Shown here piece after piece: positions 1-10,682 of a DNA stretch of 64,000 nt; within the stretch, counting starts at the first letter, position 1; the number at the start of each line of letters is the position of its first letter. The position numbers and the translations under genes are program-made. The stretch is from positions 13,925 to 77,924 of the forward strand of contig SVIH01000007.1 of the NCBI GenBank assembly GCA_015069575.1, given 5' to 3'. This DNA comes from Clostridiales bacterium (GTDB taxonomy: Bacteria > Bacillota > Clostridia > Christensenellales > QALW01). The notes beneath the pieces are model-generated. The model had not been told where the DNA came from. It did not search any database and saw nothing but the letters and a program-made list of their open reading frames with translations.

Positions 1-357
1 GGAGATAAAAAGTTCAATGCATACAATGTAGAAAATGGCACAGACATTCAGTTAATGATTTATATGGATGCGCTTTTATCTCATTTTAAAAACAGTAAGC
101 CTGCATCGGCACAATATATGCTTATTGCAAAAGATAATGAATTATCAGGTCCTGTTAACAATGCTGTATGCGACGATAAGAAAGCTTTAAGCGAAGATGT
201 GTTCTATGAACTTATTGACACATCAAAAAAGACCGCAGTTAAACTTGCCCAAGACATACTTTCAGGCAATATAATGCCCGCAGAATGTGATAATTGTGCC
301 TATTGTGATTATAATGGCATTTGCGGTATAAAAAATATTGATAAGGAGGAAAATTAG
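1..357 (+). CDS. addB: AddB (RexB) C-terminal nuclease region, 5' partial
   Basis: Frame 1 is open from base 1 (GDKKFNAYNVENGTDIQLMIY...). It has a QLxxY nuclease motif and a C-terminal Cys cluster CDNCAYCDYNGIC (Fe-S staple), and abuts addA. Confidence 0.8.
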   Translation, partial: GDKKFNAYNVENGTDIQLMIYMDALLSHFKNSKPASAQYMLIAKDNELSGPVNNAVCDDKKALSEDVFYELIDTSKKTAVKLAQDILSGNIMPAECDNCAYCDYNGICGIKNIDKEEN

Positions 358-3300
358 ATGCCTGTTTGGACTAAAAATCAACAAGAAGTTATTGAACATA
401 AAGGCAAAAACCTCCTTGTTTCTGCAGCAGCAGGAAGCGGAAAAACTGCTGTTATGATTGAACATATTTACACTCAAATTGTTAATCACAACGCAACACT
501 CGAAAGAATGCTTGTTGCCACATACACTAATGCAGCAGCTGCTTCAATGAAAGAAAAACTAATTAACAAACTTGATTACGCATATCAGGAAAACCCCGAA
601 AATATCCGTATTTTAAAAGAAAAACAGGCTGTTGATCGTGCGGATATCTCCACATTACACTCTTACTGTATAAAAACCTTAAAAAAATACTATTTTTATA
701 CTCCTTTACCTGCTGATTTCAGAATTTTTCAAGGTGCACAACTTAAAATGCTTTCAAATTCTGCACTAGAGCAGATAATTGAGGAAGGCGCAAAAAGATA
801 TAATGATGGCTTGTTTGATGAGTACAAAGATGTTTTAGAACAATTTTCCGGTGCTAAAAGTGATAAATCATTAGAATCACTTATTCTTACATTACATTCA
901 TCATTAGCACCATTACCGCACCCTGAACAATTCAAAGAAAATGTTTTAAATTTATATAGTGATCCTAGCGGAAAAGTTTTTACTGATTATATAATTTCTT
1001 ATTGTAAAAGCCTTTTAAGTTCTGCAATTGACCTTTGCTATAAAATCAAAGAAAAATATTTTAGCACCGATATAAGTGAAAAATGCAACACATATATTGA
1101 TAAAATATTGATTATGTTTGAAAACGCATTAAATAAAAATTCTTTTGAGGAAATTTTAAATGAAATAACAGTTAAATTCCCATCTATCAATAAAACAGAC
1201 AGCGCTTACAAAAAGCCTTTAATGGATAATATTTTGGTTATAAAAAACACAAGGGAAACTGTTAAAAAATTATGCCTTTCAATAAATCGCACCAACTTAA
1301 CATTTTTACTTCCTGCAATTAAAGGCTTGTTTGCGTTACACGAAGATTATGCAAAACGCCTTGATGAACTTATGTTAAATGAAGGCGGTACAAATTTTGA
1401 TGGTGTTTTAAGATACATGGTTCAGTTAATTGAAAATAACCCTGATATTTTAGAAGACATACGCCAAAACACCGATTACATATACATAGACGAATATCAA
1501 GATATAAATGCAGTGCAGAACTATATTATACAAACCATTTCAAAAGGCGATAATATGTTTTTTGTTGGTGATATTAAGCAAAGCATTTATGGGTTTAACT
1601 ATGCCCGGCCTGACCTTTTTAAAGAAAAAATGTTTCTTTACAATAGCGGTCACTTGGGAAATCGTATTAATTTAATGAACAATTTCCGATCATATCCACA
1701 AATTCTTGACGGTGTGAATTTTATTTTTAAAAACATTATGTTTGATGAAAACATAAGCGAAATTATTTATGATGCTGACGCTTCTTTATATCCTTCACCT
1801 GACGAAACATTTTTTCAGCATAAAAACTGTTTATATAATGGTGAAACAGGCGAAATTGCAAACGAAATACTTTTTATCGACGGAAACAAAGAAGATGAAG
1901 CAGAGGCTATTGCAAAACGCATTAAGGAATTATTAAACACAAAAATAATTGATCCCCAAACTAATATTATGCGTAATGTAAGATATGGTGATATTGCTAT
2001 TCTTGCGCGGCAAAAGAAATATTCTGCTTTACTTGATAAAGTATTTAAAAAGCACAATATTCCCCTATCTGCACAGCAAGATGATAAAAACAACAATACA
2101 GATAGCATTAACACAATTATTTCCCTTTTAAATCTTTTGATTTTAAGAAGAAGTGATATTGATCTTATAACTGTTTTGTTAAGCAGTATTGGCTCTTTTA
2201 CACCTTCCGAACTTGCATTAATACGAATAAATGACCCAACTTCAAGTTTTTATGATGCATTTGTTCAATACGACCAAAAGCCATCAATAGTAAAAAAGAG
2301 AAATGATTTTATTGATCTGATTAACAGGCTTGAAATTATTCAAAAATCCATGGCTTTAGCCGATTTTATTGAATATGCTTGTAATGAAACAGGATATGTT
2401 TACCATGTTTCATTTTCGCCTGAAGATTCTGGTGAAATACGCGCTTATAATCGTTTATTACAAGAGGCAAGAAACTATTCAAACTTTGCTGATGGTACAC
2501 TTTTGGGCTTTTTAAAATACTATAAAAATGTTTCTCGTGGACTTGAAGAAGTACCTTTTGCTATTGACGAAAATGACGACAGTGTGCATTTTATGACAAT
2601 ACACAAAAGCAAAGGGCTTGAATTCCCGATTGTATTTGTAATTGGTATGACAGAGGCTTCGTTTGGCGGTGATAAATCATTTTATTTTAACGAACATTTA
2701 GGCTTTGGATTTAATTATAAACTTGTTGATGAACAAGGAAAAAGGACAGAAGAAACTTCCATTGTAAAAACTGCAATTCAGCTTGCAAAAAAGAAACTTG
2801 AATGTGCAGAAGATATGCGTGTTTTTTATGTTGCACTTACAAGGGCAAAAAACAAACTTATACTCTCCTGCCCGATTTTAAAAGAAAAATTAAGCCAGTA
2901 CAATATTATTCCGCACAAACTGAATTTTAAAAACTTTTCAAAATATGCTGAACTTGTTTTGCCGTTAATTTTTAACCACAAAGACGGTTATTTACTTAAA
3001 AATATAATACGCGATGTTGATTATTCTACAGAATTTGAACATGTTTTTGATCAAAGCGTATGGACAATCAAAATCTTTGATAGTTTGAATGATGATGAAG
3101 TAAACGAGAACATAAAATTATCAGTTTATGATTGTTTTGATAGTGAAGAATACATAAATAAAGCAAAGAACGCTTTTGAATACAAATATCCTTATACTGC
3201 CGCAACTACAGCACGCACAAAACAATCGCCAAGTAAAAGCAACTTGCGATCAAAAACTCCTTTAAGAAAACCTACTTTTGAAGATAAAGAATATAAAGGC

Positions 3301-3777
3301 GCACAAAAAGGAACAATTGTTCACTTTTTTATGGAGCATATTGATTTTTACAGCACAAAAACCGTTAAAGAACAAGCTGAAAGTATGCTTGAAACAGGCA
3401 TTTTAAACAACGAAGAATTTGATGCCCTACCAATAGAAAGTATTGAAAAATTTATTAATTCCCCCTTTGGCAAAAGACTTTCATCAAGTAAAGAAATCGC
3501 AAGAGAAAGGTCTTTTTGCCAGATAATTCCTTTTGACGAAACCGGCGACGAAGCGTTAGTTCAAGGTATTATTGACTGTTATTTTTTTGAAGGCGAAGAT
3601 ATTATTCTGCTTGATTATAAAACGGATATCATTCGCAATAATCTGAACGACCACGTTTTACACCATACGCCCCAGTTAAAAATGTATAAATATGCGTTAG
3701 AACAACTTTACCCCGGTAAAACAGTTACGCCGTATATTCACTTTTTTGATATTGATGAAACGGTAGAGATAAAATAA
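358..3777 (+). CDS. addA: ATP-dependent helicase/nuclease subunit A
   Basis: Walker A AAAGSGKT, DEYQD, VGDIKQSIY, MTIHKSKGLEF, YVALTRAK, and C-terminal nuclease QGIID...DYKTD. RBS aaggagg. Confidence 0.93.
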   Translation: MPVWTKNQQEVIEHKGKNLLVSAAAGSGKTAVMIEHIYTQIVNHNATLERMLVATYTNAAAASMKEKLINKLDYAYQENPENIRILKEKQAVDRADISTLHSYCIKTLKKYYFYTPLPADFRIFQGAQLKMLSNSALEQIIEEGAKRYNDGLFDEYKDVLEQFSGAKSDKSLESLILTLHSSLAPLPHPEQFKENVLNLYSDPSGKVFTDYIISYCKSLLSSAIDLCYKIKEKYFSTDISEKCNTYIDKILIMFENALNKNSFEEILNEITVKFPSINKTDSAYKKPLMDNILVIKNTRETVKKLCLSINRTNLTFLLPAIKGLFALHEDYAKRLDELMLNEGGTNFDGVLRYMVQLIENNPDILEDIRQNTDYIYIDEYQDINAVQNYIIQTISKGDNMFFVGDIKQSIYGFNYARPDLFKEKMFLYNSGHLGNRINLMNNFRSYPQILDGVNFIFKNIMFDENISEIIYDADASLYPSPDETFFQHKNCLYNGETGEIANEILFIDGNKEDEAEAIAKRIKELLNTKIIDPQTNIMRNVRYGDIAILARQKKYSALLDKVFKKHNIPLSAQQDDKNNNTDSINTIISLLNLLILRRSDIDLITVLLSSIGSFTPSELALIRINDPTSSFYDAFVQYDQKPSIVKKRNDFIDLINRLEIIQKSMALADFIEYACNETGYVYHVSFSPEDSGEIRAYNRLLQEARNYSNFADGTLLGFLKYYKNVSRGLEEVPFAIDENDDSVHFMTIHKSKGLEFPIVFVIGMTEASFGGDKSFYFNEHLGFGFNYKLVDEQGKRTEETSIVKTAIQLAKKKLECAEDMRVFYVALTRAKNKLILSCPILKEKLSQYNIIPHKLNFKNFSKYAELVLPLIFNHKDGYLLKNIIRDVDYSTEFEHVFDQSVWTIKIFDSLNDDEVNENIKLSVYDCFDSEEYINKAKNAFEYKYPYTAATTARTKQSPSKSNLRSKTPLRKPTFEDKEYKGAQKGTIVHFFMEHIDFYSTKTVKEQAESMLETGILNNEEFDALPIESIEKFINSPFGKRLSSSKEIARERSFCQIIPFDETGDEALVQGIIDCYFFEGEDIILLDYKTDIIRNNLNDHVLHHTPQLKMYKYALEQLYPGKTVTPYIHFFDIDETVEIK

Positions 3778-3802
3778 AAAGAGCAGAAATTCTGCTCTTT
3801 TT
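3776..3802. terminator. bidirectional intrinsic terminator
   Basis: Hairpin aaaaagagcaga-aat-tctgctcttttt between convergent genes. Confidence 0.8.
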
Positions 3803-3817
3803 GTTATATTGTCTTTT

Positions 3818-4918
3818 TTAAATTATAAGTTTTAAGGCTTCCATTAACTGCTTATGTTCATCTTCTTTGGTGCCTGCCATCGCGGAAGAAGCAAGCATTT
3901 TTTCGTAGAGTTTATTAAGGTTTTCTTCTGTGTGTTCAATGCCCATTTCATTAAGGGAAATAACCATATTTCTTTCTTTCATTTTTTGTGCAAATTTTTG
4001 GGCATTTTCTGCTTCACCGTTATAATAAAGCTGTGAAATGAGGCCTACTGCAACCACTTCACCGTGAAGGTATTTGCTTGCTTGTTCAGGGAAAAGCGCC
4101 CTTGCAGACTCATATATTTTATGGGCAATAGCCGTTTGGTTTGAACCACGCGCCAAGCCACTTACAACACCAGTAACTGCGATTGCAAGATAAACGCAAT
4201 CAAAAACTGCTTTGGTGTTCTGCTTGTTTTCAATGTCAACACAGGCTTTATCAAAATCTTCGTTAAGGCGATCATAAAGGAACCTGCTTAACTCAAACGA
4301 AGAACGAAGACCAATATCGATTTCATCTTCATTTTTGCCGATAATTCTTTGTTTTGTTTCCATAAACTTTGCCAAGGAATCGTAAACACCTGATTTAAAA
4401 AGACGAACAGGCTGTTTTGACAAAATATCCATATCACAAAGAACACAATTTACTTCCCTGTTATGATGCTTTGTGCCCAAAGGTTGACCAATATTATTAT
4501 ATGTAACACTTAAAGGCGCATAGGAAGCGCATGTTGCACTTGATGTAGGAATTAAGATAACGGGTTTATCACCTAAAACAGCGCATAATTTTGATGCGTC
4601 CATTAAAATTCCGCCACCAACACCGATAACTATATCGGCATTTTTAAATTCATCGCTTTCAACAATTTTTTGGCAGTGTTCAGGCACACAAAATCCTTTA
4701 AATTCATAAAAACATCCTGTGAAACCTTTATTGTTAAAGCTTTCTTCAATATCATTCTTTGTTATTGAAAGTGCGCATGTACCCCCCATAACAAAAGGTT
4801 TTTTACATTTTAAAAGTTCAACCTCATCCGCAACCGTTTTAATACAGCCCGTTTCCTGAACAAATCTACCTGCACCGATACGAAATGATTTTTCAACTAC
4901 TTTTGATTTTGTTGCCAT
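3818..4918 (-). CDS. glycerol dehydrogenase-like family III metal-dependent alcohol/polyol dehydrogenase
   Basis: GVGGGILMDASK, IPTSSATCA, and metal-ligand motifs IAHK and LHGEVV. Confidence 0.8.
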   Translation of the reverse strand: MATKSKVVEKSFRIGAGRFVQETGCIKTVADEVELLKCKKPFVMGGTCALSITKNDIEESFNNKGFTGCFYEFKGFCVPEHCQKIVESDEFKNADIVIGVGGGILMDASKLCAVLGDKPVILIPTSSATCASYAPLSVTYNNIGQPLGTKHHNREVNCVLCDMDILSKQPVRLFKSGVYDSLAKFMETKQRIIGKNEDEIDIGLRSSFELSRFLYDRLNEDFDKACVDIENKQNTKAVFDCVYLAIAVTGVVSGLARGSNQTAIAHKIYESARALFPEQASKYLHGEVVAVGLISQLYYNGEAENAQKFAQKMKERNMVISLNEMGIEHTEENLNKLYEKMLASSAMAGTKEDEHKQLMEALKLII

Positions 4919-5044
4919 TTTATTTTGCCCCCTGTTCTTTTTCTAAATTATATCAAAAATCCTATAACAAAACAACCTAAAAAGCAAGATAAATCCACCA
5001 AAAATCACTGATTTAAAATTTTTATCGGTTTTTACAAAAAATGC

Positions 5045-5074
5045 TTGCCAACTACATACATTATATGGTATTAT
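5045..5074 (+). promoter_or_regulatory. sigma-A promoter of the rpsF operon
   Basis: TTGCCA-18 nt-TATTAT with an extended TG. Confidence 0.6.
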
Positions 5075-5090
5075 ATTTCGGCAGATATAT

Positions 5091-5135
5091 TTCCTTGTTC
5101 CTTATTTTAGGGACCCAAGACCATAAGGAGGTGAA
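5091..5135 (+). ncRNA. rpsF leader (S6:S18 autoregulatory RNA)
   Basis: TTCCTTG-hairpin-ACCC...TAAGGAGGTG. The outer stem sequesters the SD and a CCC motif follows the inner hairpin, matching the Firmicute rpsF leader layout. Confidence 0.7.
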
Positions 5136-5142
5136 TTGAAGT

Positions 5143-5430
5143 ATGAATAAGTACGAAACACTTTATATCATCAACCCAAAACTTGATGGTGAAGCAACAA
5201 AGGCTTTAATCGAAAAGTTTTCTAAACTTGTAACCGATAACAATGGTACTGTTGATGGTATTGAAGAACAAGGCGTAAAGAAACTTGCATACGAAATCAA
5301 TTACATTAGTGAAGGTTTCTATGTTCTTATGAACTTTACTGCTGATGCTACTTTCCCCGCAGAACTTGAAAGAAATTTCAAAATCAACGAGGATATTATG
5401 CGCTTCATCGTTATTAAAAAAGAAGCTTAA
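5143..5430 (+). CDS. rpsF: 30S ribosomal protein S6
   Basis: MNKYETLYII...KKLAYEI...GFYVLMNF; rpsF-ssb-rpsR order. Confidence 0.97.
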   Translation: MNKYETLYIINPKLDGEATKALIEKFSKLVTDNNGTVDGIEEQGVKKLAYEINYISEGFYVLMNFTADATFPAELERNFKINEDIMRFIVIKKEA

Positions 5431-5454
5431 TTACTTTTTTAGGGAGTTAGAATT

Positions 5455-5877
5455 ATGAATAGAGCAATGCTTATTGGTAGACTTACCAAAGATCCTGATT
5501 TAAGAGCAACCGGTAGCGGTATTTCAGTGTGCACTTTTACTGTTGCAGTTGACCGCCGTTTTCAAAACCGTGATACTCAAACAAGGGAAGCTGATTTTAT
5601 TCCTGTTGTTGTTTGGAGAGGACAGGCTGAAAACTGTGCTAAATATCTGCAAAAAGGCAGCCAGGTAGCCATTAGTGGTTCAATACAGACACGCACATAT
5701 GATGCTCCCGATGGATCTAAACGTTATATTACTGAAGTGGTGGCTGATGAGGTTCAGTTCCTTTCACGCCCCAATTCAAGTGACAACAATGATGATGCTG
5801 CCCGTGCAGCAAGTTTAGGAAATTCCCCCTTCGGCAACAATATGCAGGCTGTTGAAGATGAGGATATTCCGTTCTGA
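5455..5877 (+). CDS. ssb: single-stranded DNA-binding protein
   Basis: MNRAMLIGRLTKDPDLR, ADFIPVVVW, acidic tail EDIPF. Confidence 0.97.
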   Translation: MNRAMLIGRLTKDPDLRATGSGISVCTFTVAVDRRFQNRDTQTREADFIPVVVWRGQAENCAKYLQKGSQVAISGSIQTRTYDAPDGSKRYITEVVADEVQFLSRPNSSDNNDDAARAASLGNSPFGNNMQAVEDEDIPF

Positions 5878-5902
5878 TTATTAAATTAGGAGGATAACTA
5901 CA

Positions 5903-6151
5903 ATGTCCGAAAAGGATTTTAAAAAGATTCGTTCAAACCGTAGGCCCAGAAGAAAGGTTTGTCAGTTCTGCGCAGATAAAGTTGAAGCAATTGATTATAA
6001 AGATGTTGCAAAGCTTCGCAAGTTTATCAGCGAACGCGGTAAAATTCAACCCCGTAGAATGACAGGTACTTGTGCAAAACACCAGAGAGAGCTTGCAACA
6101 GCTATCAAGCGTGCACGCACAGTTGCACTTCTTCCCTATAGCGTAGATTAA
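5903..6151 (+). CDS. rpsR: 30S ribosomal protein S18 (Zn-binding type)
   Basis: [25 protein letters not shown]. Confidence 0.97.
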   Translation: MSEKDFKKIRSNRRPRRKVCQFCADKVEAIDYKDVAKLRKFISERGKIQPRRMTGTCAKHQRELATAIKRARTVALLPYSVD

Positions 6152-6158
6152 TAAATTT

Positions 6159-6190
6159 AAGCGAAAGTTTTACTTTCGCTTTTATTTTTT
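6159..6190 (+). terminator. intrinsic terminator after rpsR
   Basis: aagcgaaagt-ttt-actttcgctt followed by a T tract. Confidence 0.8.
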
Positions 6191-6281
6191 CAATTGTTTA
6201 TCATTGTTTTTTCATAAAAATGTATTATAATATAAATGTAATATGATACTAATTTAAACGGTTTTTTTAAAAGGAGTATTT

Positions 6282-7655
6282 ATGGGCGAAAACAAATTTG
6301 AAAATTCAACTAATAATCAGCAGCACACAAACGATAATATTTATTCGGATATACGTTACACTTATAACCCTAACGGTTCTAATGAAGATAACACATATAA
6401 TACAAATATATCAAAAAACAAAAAGAAGAACCTTAATTTAGGCGGAAACGGCTGTTTTATAACATTAATTGCTGTGCTTTTATGTATAACTGTTGCTGCA
6501 GCCGCAATTAGTTTGTTTTCAATTTTTAATAATGGTGAGAAAAACAATGATCCATCATCTACGGCAGATGCAAATATTTTATCAACACCTACACCAGAAT
6601 TGCAGGGTTCAAGTGATAAAGGCTTTGCTTTTGGTTCTGTAGTAACTGTTAAACCAACACCTACCCCTCAACTTATTGATGGTGAAATTTTAACACCTCA
6701 ACAAGCTGCTGAAAAAGTTATTCCAAGTGTAGTTTGCATACAGTGCTATACTACTAACAATTATTTTGGTGGTACTTCTTCATCTTCCTTATATAGTGAA
6801 GGAAGCGGAATAATTTCAAGAAGTGACGGTTATATAATAACAAATGCCCATGTTATCGATAACGCTAGTTCTGTACAAGTAGTGCTTTATAACGGCATTA
6901 CTTTAGATGCCCAAATTATAGGTTCTGATTCAATTACTGACCTTGCTCTTTTAAAAATAAACCCTGGAAATTATAATCTTCAGGCAGCAACTTTTAGTTC
7001 TGCAACAAATTGCAACATTGCGGATAATGTTCTTGCAGTAGGAAATCCCGGCGGATTAGAATTTTCTTCTTCTGTTACAAGCGGTATAATAAGTGCACTT
7101 AACCGCGCTGTACAAGATGAAAAAACCGGATATGTTATGCATTGTATTCAGACTGATACTGCAATTAACCCCGGCAATAGCGGTGGTCCGTTAATCGATC
7201 TTTATGGTAATGTTATAGGAATTACATCATCAAAAATCGTTGCTGAAGGTTATGAAAATATGGGTTTTGCCATAACTTACGATGAAGCTGCACCTATAAT
7301 TAACGATTTGTTAAATTATGGGCATGTTAAAAACCGCGCCGCAATAAACATTACCTTAGCATTACCTTCCAATGTTTTCAGGGTAACAGGATGGAATTCA
7401 ATCCCCAAAGGTCTTTGTGTAACCGCAATTTCAGGTAAAAATGAAGAAGATGCAGGTTTAAAACAATACGATATTATTTACGCTATTGACGATAAACAAA
7501 TCAGTACTATGTCTGACTATTCTTCCTATCTTTTAACTAAAAAGCCCGGTGAAAAAGTTAAACTTACCGTTTATAGAGCAACAATTTCAGGATGGTCAGT
7601 AGAATATTCGCAAAAACCGATTACTATTGAAATTGTTCTTTCTGAAGCAACTTAA
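6282..7655 (+). CDS. htrA: membrane-anchored HtrA/DegP serine protease with PDZ domain
   Basis: One TM helix, catalytic triad TNAHV / TDLALLK / GNSGGPL, and a C-terminal PDZ domain. Confidence 0.9.
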   Translation: MGENKFENSTNNQQHTNDNIYSDIRYTYNPNGSNEDNTYNTNISKNKKKNLNLGGNGCFITLIAVLLCITVAAAAISLFSIFNNGEKNNDPSSTADANILSTPTPELQGSSDKGFAFGSVVTVKPTPTPQLIDGEILTPQQAAEKVIPSVVCIQCYTTNNYFGGTSSSSLYSEGSGIISRSDGYIITNAHVIDNASSVQVVLYNGITLDAQIIGSDSITDLALLKINPGNYNLQAATFSSATNCNIADNVLAVGNPGGLEFSSSVTSGIISALNRAVQDEKTGYVMHCIQTDTAINPGNSGGPLIDLYGNVIGITSSKIVAEGYENMGFAITYDEAAPIINDLLNYGHVKNRAAINITLALPSNVFRVTGWNSIPKGLCVTAISGKNEEDAGLKQYDIIYAIDDKQISTMSDYSSYLLTKKPGEKVKLTVYRATISGWSVEYSQKPITIEIVLSEAT

Positions 7656-7658
7656 TAT

Positions 7659-7686
7659 TAAGGCTGAATTTGTTTTCAGCCTTTTT
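7659..7686 (+). terminator. intrinsic terminator after htrA
   Basis: aaggctgaa-tttgtt-ttcagcctt followed by T residues. Confidence 0.7.
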
Positions 7687-7754
7687 AAATATTTAAGTAA
7701 ATTTTAATAGCATTTTTTTTAATTATTTGGTATAATATGTTTTGGTGATTATTT

Positions 7755-8216
7755 ATGAATTTATTAGATAATGAATTTATTACAAAAACAAAAAAACAAC
7801 GCAACATAAATCTCATTTTGTTTTTTTTGCTTTTAACTTTATTTTTTATTTGTTATATTTTTAGCTTTTACACTAATAACCTGATTATTTCACTGATAGT
7901 TGGAATTGTTGGTATTATTGCTCTTGTGCTTTTTTACTATGGATTGATTTTTGATAAAAGCAAATTATTAAAACTACATAAAAATATCAATAATGGTATT
8001 TTTCAAGAAGATACTTATATTTTTAAAAGATACGATGATGAAACAGAACATGATGGTGTTTGTCTTTTAAGAGTTATTTGTTCTTTTACTGATGAAAATG
8101 AAGAATTTGAACGCACTCTTTACTTTCTAAAGGCAGTTTCACACCCTGATTTAACTGAAGGTCAAAAAATTAAAGTAAAAACATATCAAAATATTATTTT
8201 ATATATAGAGGACTGA
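7755..8216 (+). CDS. hypothetical protein with two TM helices
   Basis: Two hydrophobic segments followed by a soluble domain; first gene of a tightly spaced run. Confidence 0.65.
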   Translation: MNLLDNEFITKTKKQRNINLILFFLLLTLFFICYIFSFYTNNLIISLIVGIVGIIALVLFYYGLIFDKSKLLKLHKNINNGIFQEDTYIFKRYDDETEHDGVCLLRVICSFTDENEEFERTLYFLKAVSHPDLTEGQKIKVKTYQNIILYIED

Positions 8217-8221
8217 TTTAT

Positions 8222-8614
8222 TTGAAAAACATTATGGTTTGTGTTACTTTGCAGAACACCTGTCATAATCTTATTAAATACGCTTCCCAGATCAAAGATA
8301 TTGACGATAAACTTTTTGTTTTGCATGTTGCAAAAAACGGGCAATCATTTATGAATGCCGCTGATGAAGCTACAACCCTTGAGTTTTTATATACTGTTTC
8401 GCATCAAGCAAATGCTGATATGACAGTTTTGCATTCTGACAATGTTGTAAACGCTATATATACTTTTATAAAGGATAATAATATACATACCGTTATACTT
8501 GGTACACCAAATATAAATTCAAAAGACGATAGTCTTATTACCCAATTACAATCTAAACTTAACGATTCAGCAAACATTATACTTTTAGATAAAAAAGGAG
8601 AGATTTTCCAGTGA
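8222..8614 (+). CDS. universal stress protein (UspA-like)
   Basis: KNIMVCVT...LFVLHV...HTVILGTP pattern; TTG start with RBS gagg. Confidence 0.7.
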   Translation: MKNIMVCVTLQNTCHNLIKYASQIKDIDDKLFVLHVAKNGQSFMNAADEATTLEFLYTVSHQANADMTVLHSDNVVNAIYTFIKDNNIHTVILGTPNINSKDDSLITQLQSKLNDSANIILLDKKGEIFQ

Positions 8615-8874
8615 AAGCATTTTTAACAGTTATCGGACACGACCGCGTAGGCATTATTGCTGATGTAAGCGCAAAATTAGCAAAAAACAAAGTAAACATT
8701 CTTGACATTACACAAACAATTATGCATGACTATTTTACAATGGTTATGTTTTTAAGTTTAGAACAAAGTGATTTGGATATTGCGGGACTTCAAAAAGAAT
8801 TTGCAGATTTTGATGAAAATCTTGAGGTAAGAATTCAAAGCGAAGAAATATTTAATAGTATGCACCGTCTTTAA
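8611..8874 (+). CDS. ACT domain protein (UPF0237)
   Basis: [15 protein letters not shown]...NILDITQTI...IFNSMHRL; usual partner of DUF711. Confidence 0.88.
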   Translation: MKAFLTVIGHDRVGIIADVSAKLAKNKVNILDITQTIMHDYFTMVMFLSLEQSDLDIAGLQKEFADFDENLEVRIQSEEIFNSMHRL

Positions 8875-8885
8875 TGGAGAGAAAA

Positions 8886-10244
8886 ATGATAAATTTTAAC
8901 GAAGTAAATGAAACTATACAAATGCTTGATAACCAGCATCTTGATGTTCGTACAGTTACAATGGGCATTTCTCTTTATGACTGTGCTGACAGTGACAAAA
9001 ATAAAGCTTGTACGCAAATTTATGATAAAATTTGTTCTAAAGCAGAACATCTTGTAACTGAATGTGAAAAAATTGAAAAAAATCTTGGTATTCCAATTGT
9101 AAATAAAAGAATTTCAGTTACACCAATTGCCCATATTGCTTCTGCTGCAAGAGTTAACGATGCAGTTTGTTTTGCAAAAACTCTTGAAAAGGCAGCACAA
9201 AATGTAGGCGTTAACTTTTTAGGCGGATTTTCGGCACTTGTACACAAAGGAATTACACCCGGTGATATGGCATTAATTAACAGTATTCCTGAAGCAATGG
9301 CTGTAACAGACCATATTTGCTCATCAGTTAATATTGGTTCAACAAGAGCCGGTATTAATATGGATGCTGTTTTAAAAATGGGTCAGATCATTCGTCAAAC
9401 TGCCGAAATGACTACAGATAACAGCAGTATTGGTTGTGCAAAACTTGTTGTTTTTTGTAATGCAGTTGAAGATAATCCATTTATGGCAGGTGCATTTTTA
9501 GGCTGTGGCGAAGGCGACTGTGTTATAAATGTTGGCGTAAGCGGACCGGGCGTTGTTAAGTGTGCGCTTGAAAAGATGCCCGATGCTTCTTTAGGCGAAT
9601 TAGCAGAAGAAATTAAGAAAACTGCTTTTAAAATTACAAGAATGGGTCAATTAGTTGCAACCCGCGCTGCTGAAAGTTTAAATGCGCAATTTGGTATTGT
9701 TGACCTTTCACTTGCCCCAACACCAACAATGGGTGATTCTGTTGCACACATATTAGAAGAAATGGGACTTTCTTCAACAGGCGGTCCCGGCACGACTGCT
9801 GCACTTGCAATGCTTAACGACGCTGTTAAAAAAGGCGGAGTTATGGCATCAAGCCATGTGGGCGGTCTTTCAGGTGCATTTATACCTGTTAGTGAAGATA
9901 TTGGTATGATTAACGCTGCAAAAGCAGGCACACTTACATTAGAAAAACTTGAGGCAATGACCTGTGTTTGTTCTGTTGGTCTTGATATGATAGCAATTCC
10001 GGGAGACACAAGCGCTGCAACAATTTCAGGCATTATCGCTGATGAAGCAGCAATCGGTATGGTAAATTCAAAAACAACTGCAGTTAGAGTTATTCCTGTT
10101 ATTAATAAGGGCGTTGGCGAAATGGTAAGCTTTGGCGGCCTTTTAGGCGAAGCACCCATTATGCCTGTTAATAGCGCAAATTGTGAAAAATTCATATCCC
10201 GTGCAGGAAGAATTCCTGCGCCGCTGCAGAGCCTTAAAAACTAA
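8886..10244 (+). CDS. DUF711/UPF0210 PFL-like family protein
   Basis: [35 protein letters not shown]; start moved to 8886 because of RBS ggag. Confidence 0.9.
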   Translation: MINFNEVNETIQMLDNQHLDVRTVTMGISLYDCADSDKNKACTQIYDKICSKAEHLVTECEKIEKNLGIPIVNKRISVTPIAHIASAARVNDAVCFAKTLEKAAQNVGVNFLGGFSALVHKGITPGDMALINSIPEAMAVTDHICSSVNIGSTRAGINMDAVLKMGQIIRQTAEMTTDNSSIGCAKLVVFCNAVEDNPFMAGAFLGCGEGDCVINVGVSGPGVVKCALEKMPDASLGELAEEIKKTAFKITRMGQLVATRAAESLNAQFGIVDLSLAPTPTMGDSVAHILEEMGLSSTGGPGTTAALAMLNDAVKKGGVMASSHVGGLSGAFIPVSEDIGMINAAKAGTLTLEKLEAMTCVCSVGLDMIAIPGDTSAATISGIIADEAAIGMVNSKTTAVRVIPVINKGVGEMVSFGGLLGEAPIMPVNSANCEKFISRAGRIPAPLQSLKN

Positions 10245-10519
10245 TGAAAACAGCAAAAAACATTTTATGGATTTGTTTTCCCATATCCGTTGTAATTTGG
10301 TATTTTTTATTAAAAACGGGGATTATAAACACTCTTTTAATATCTAATATTTCAGTTGCTTGCATTTTTGCCATACCTGTGACCGCTATGCTTTTGCAAA
10401 CCATAATGAACAAGGAAAAAAATTTAAATAAGAACTATTTTATTTTAAAAATGGCTTTCGTTTTATATTTGTACCTGATGATTATATTTATGTTTGCAAC
10501 AGTTTTGATTTCCCAGTAA
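10244..10519 (+). CDS. small hydrophobic membrane protein
   Basis: Three hydrophobic segments; start overlaps the previous stop. Confidence 0.5.
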   Translation: MKTAKNILWICFPISVVIWYFLLKTGIINTLLISNISVACIFAIPVTAMLLQTIMNKEKNLNKNYFILKMAFVLYLYLMIIFMFATVLISQ

Positions 10520-10528
10520 AATAATTTG

Positions 10529-10560
10529 TCCCGAGCATTAAAATGCTTGGGATTTTTATT
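10529..10560 (+). terminator. intrinsic terminator
   Basis: tcccgagcat-taaa-atgcttggga followed by a T tract. Confidence 0.7.
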
Positions 10561-10682
10561 TTTTATTTAGCCTTTGCTTGACTTTTAGTTTGCTATAATG
10601 TATAATATTAAAAATATTCTTATATAATATATAATTTATTAATAATATATTTATTCGATTACATTTTGAGAGGAGAAGAAGC

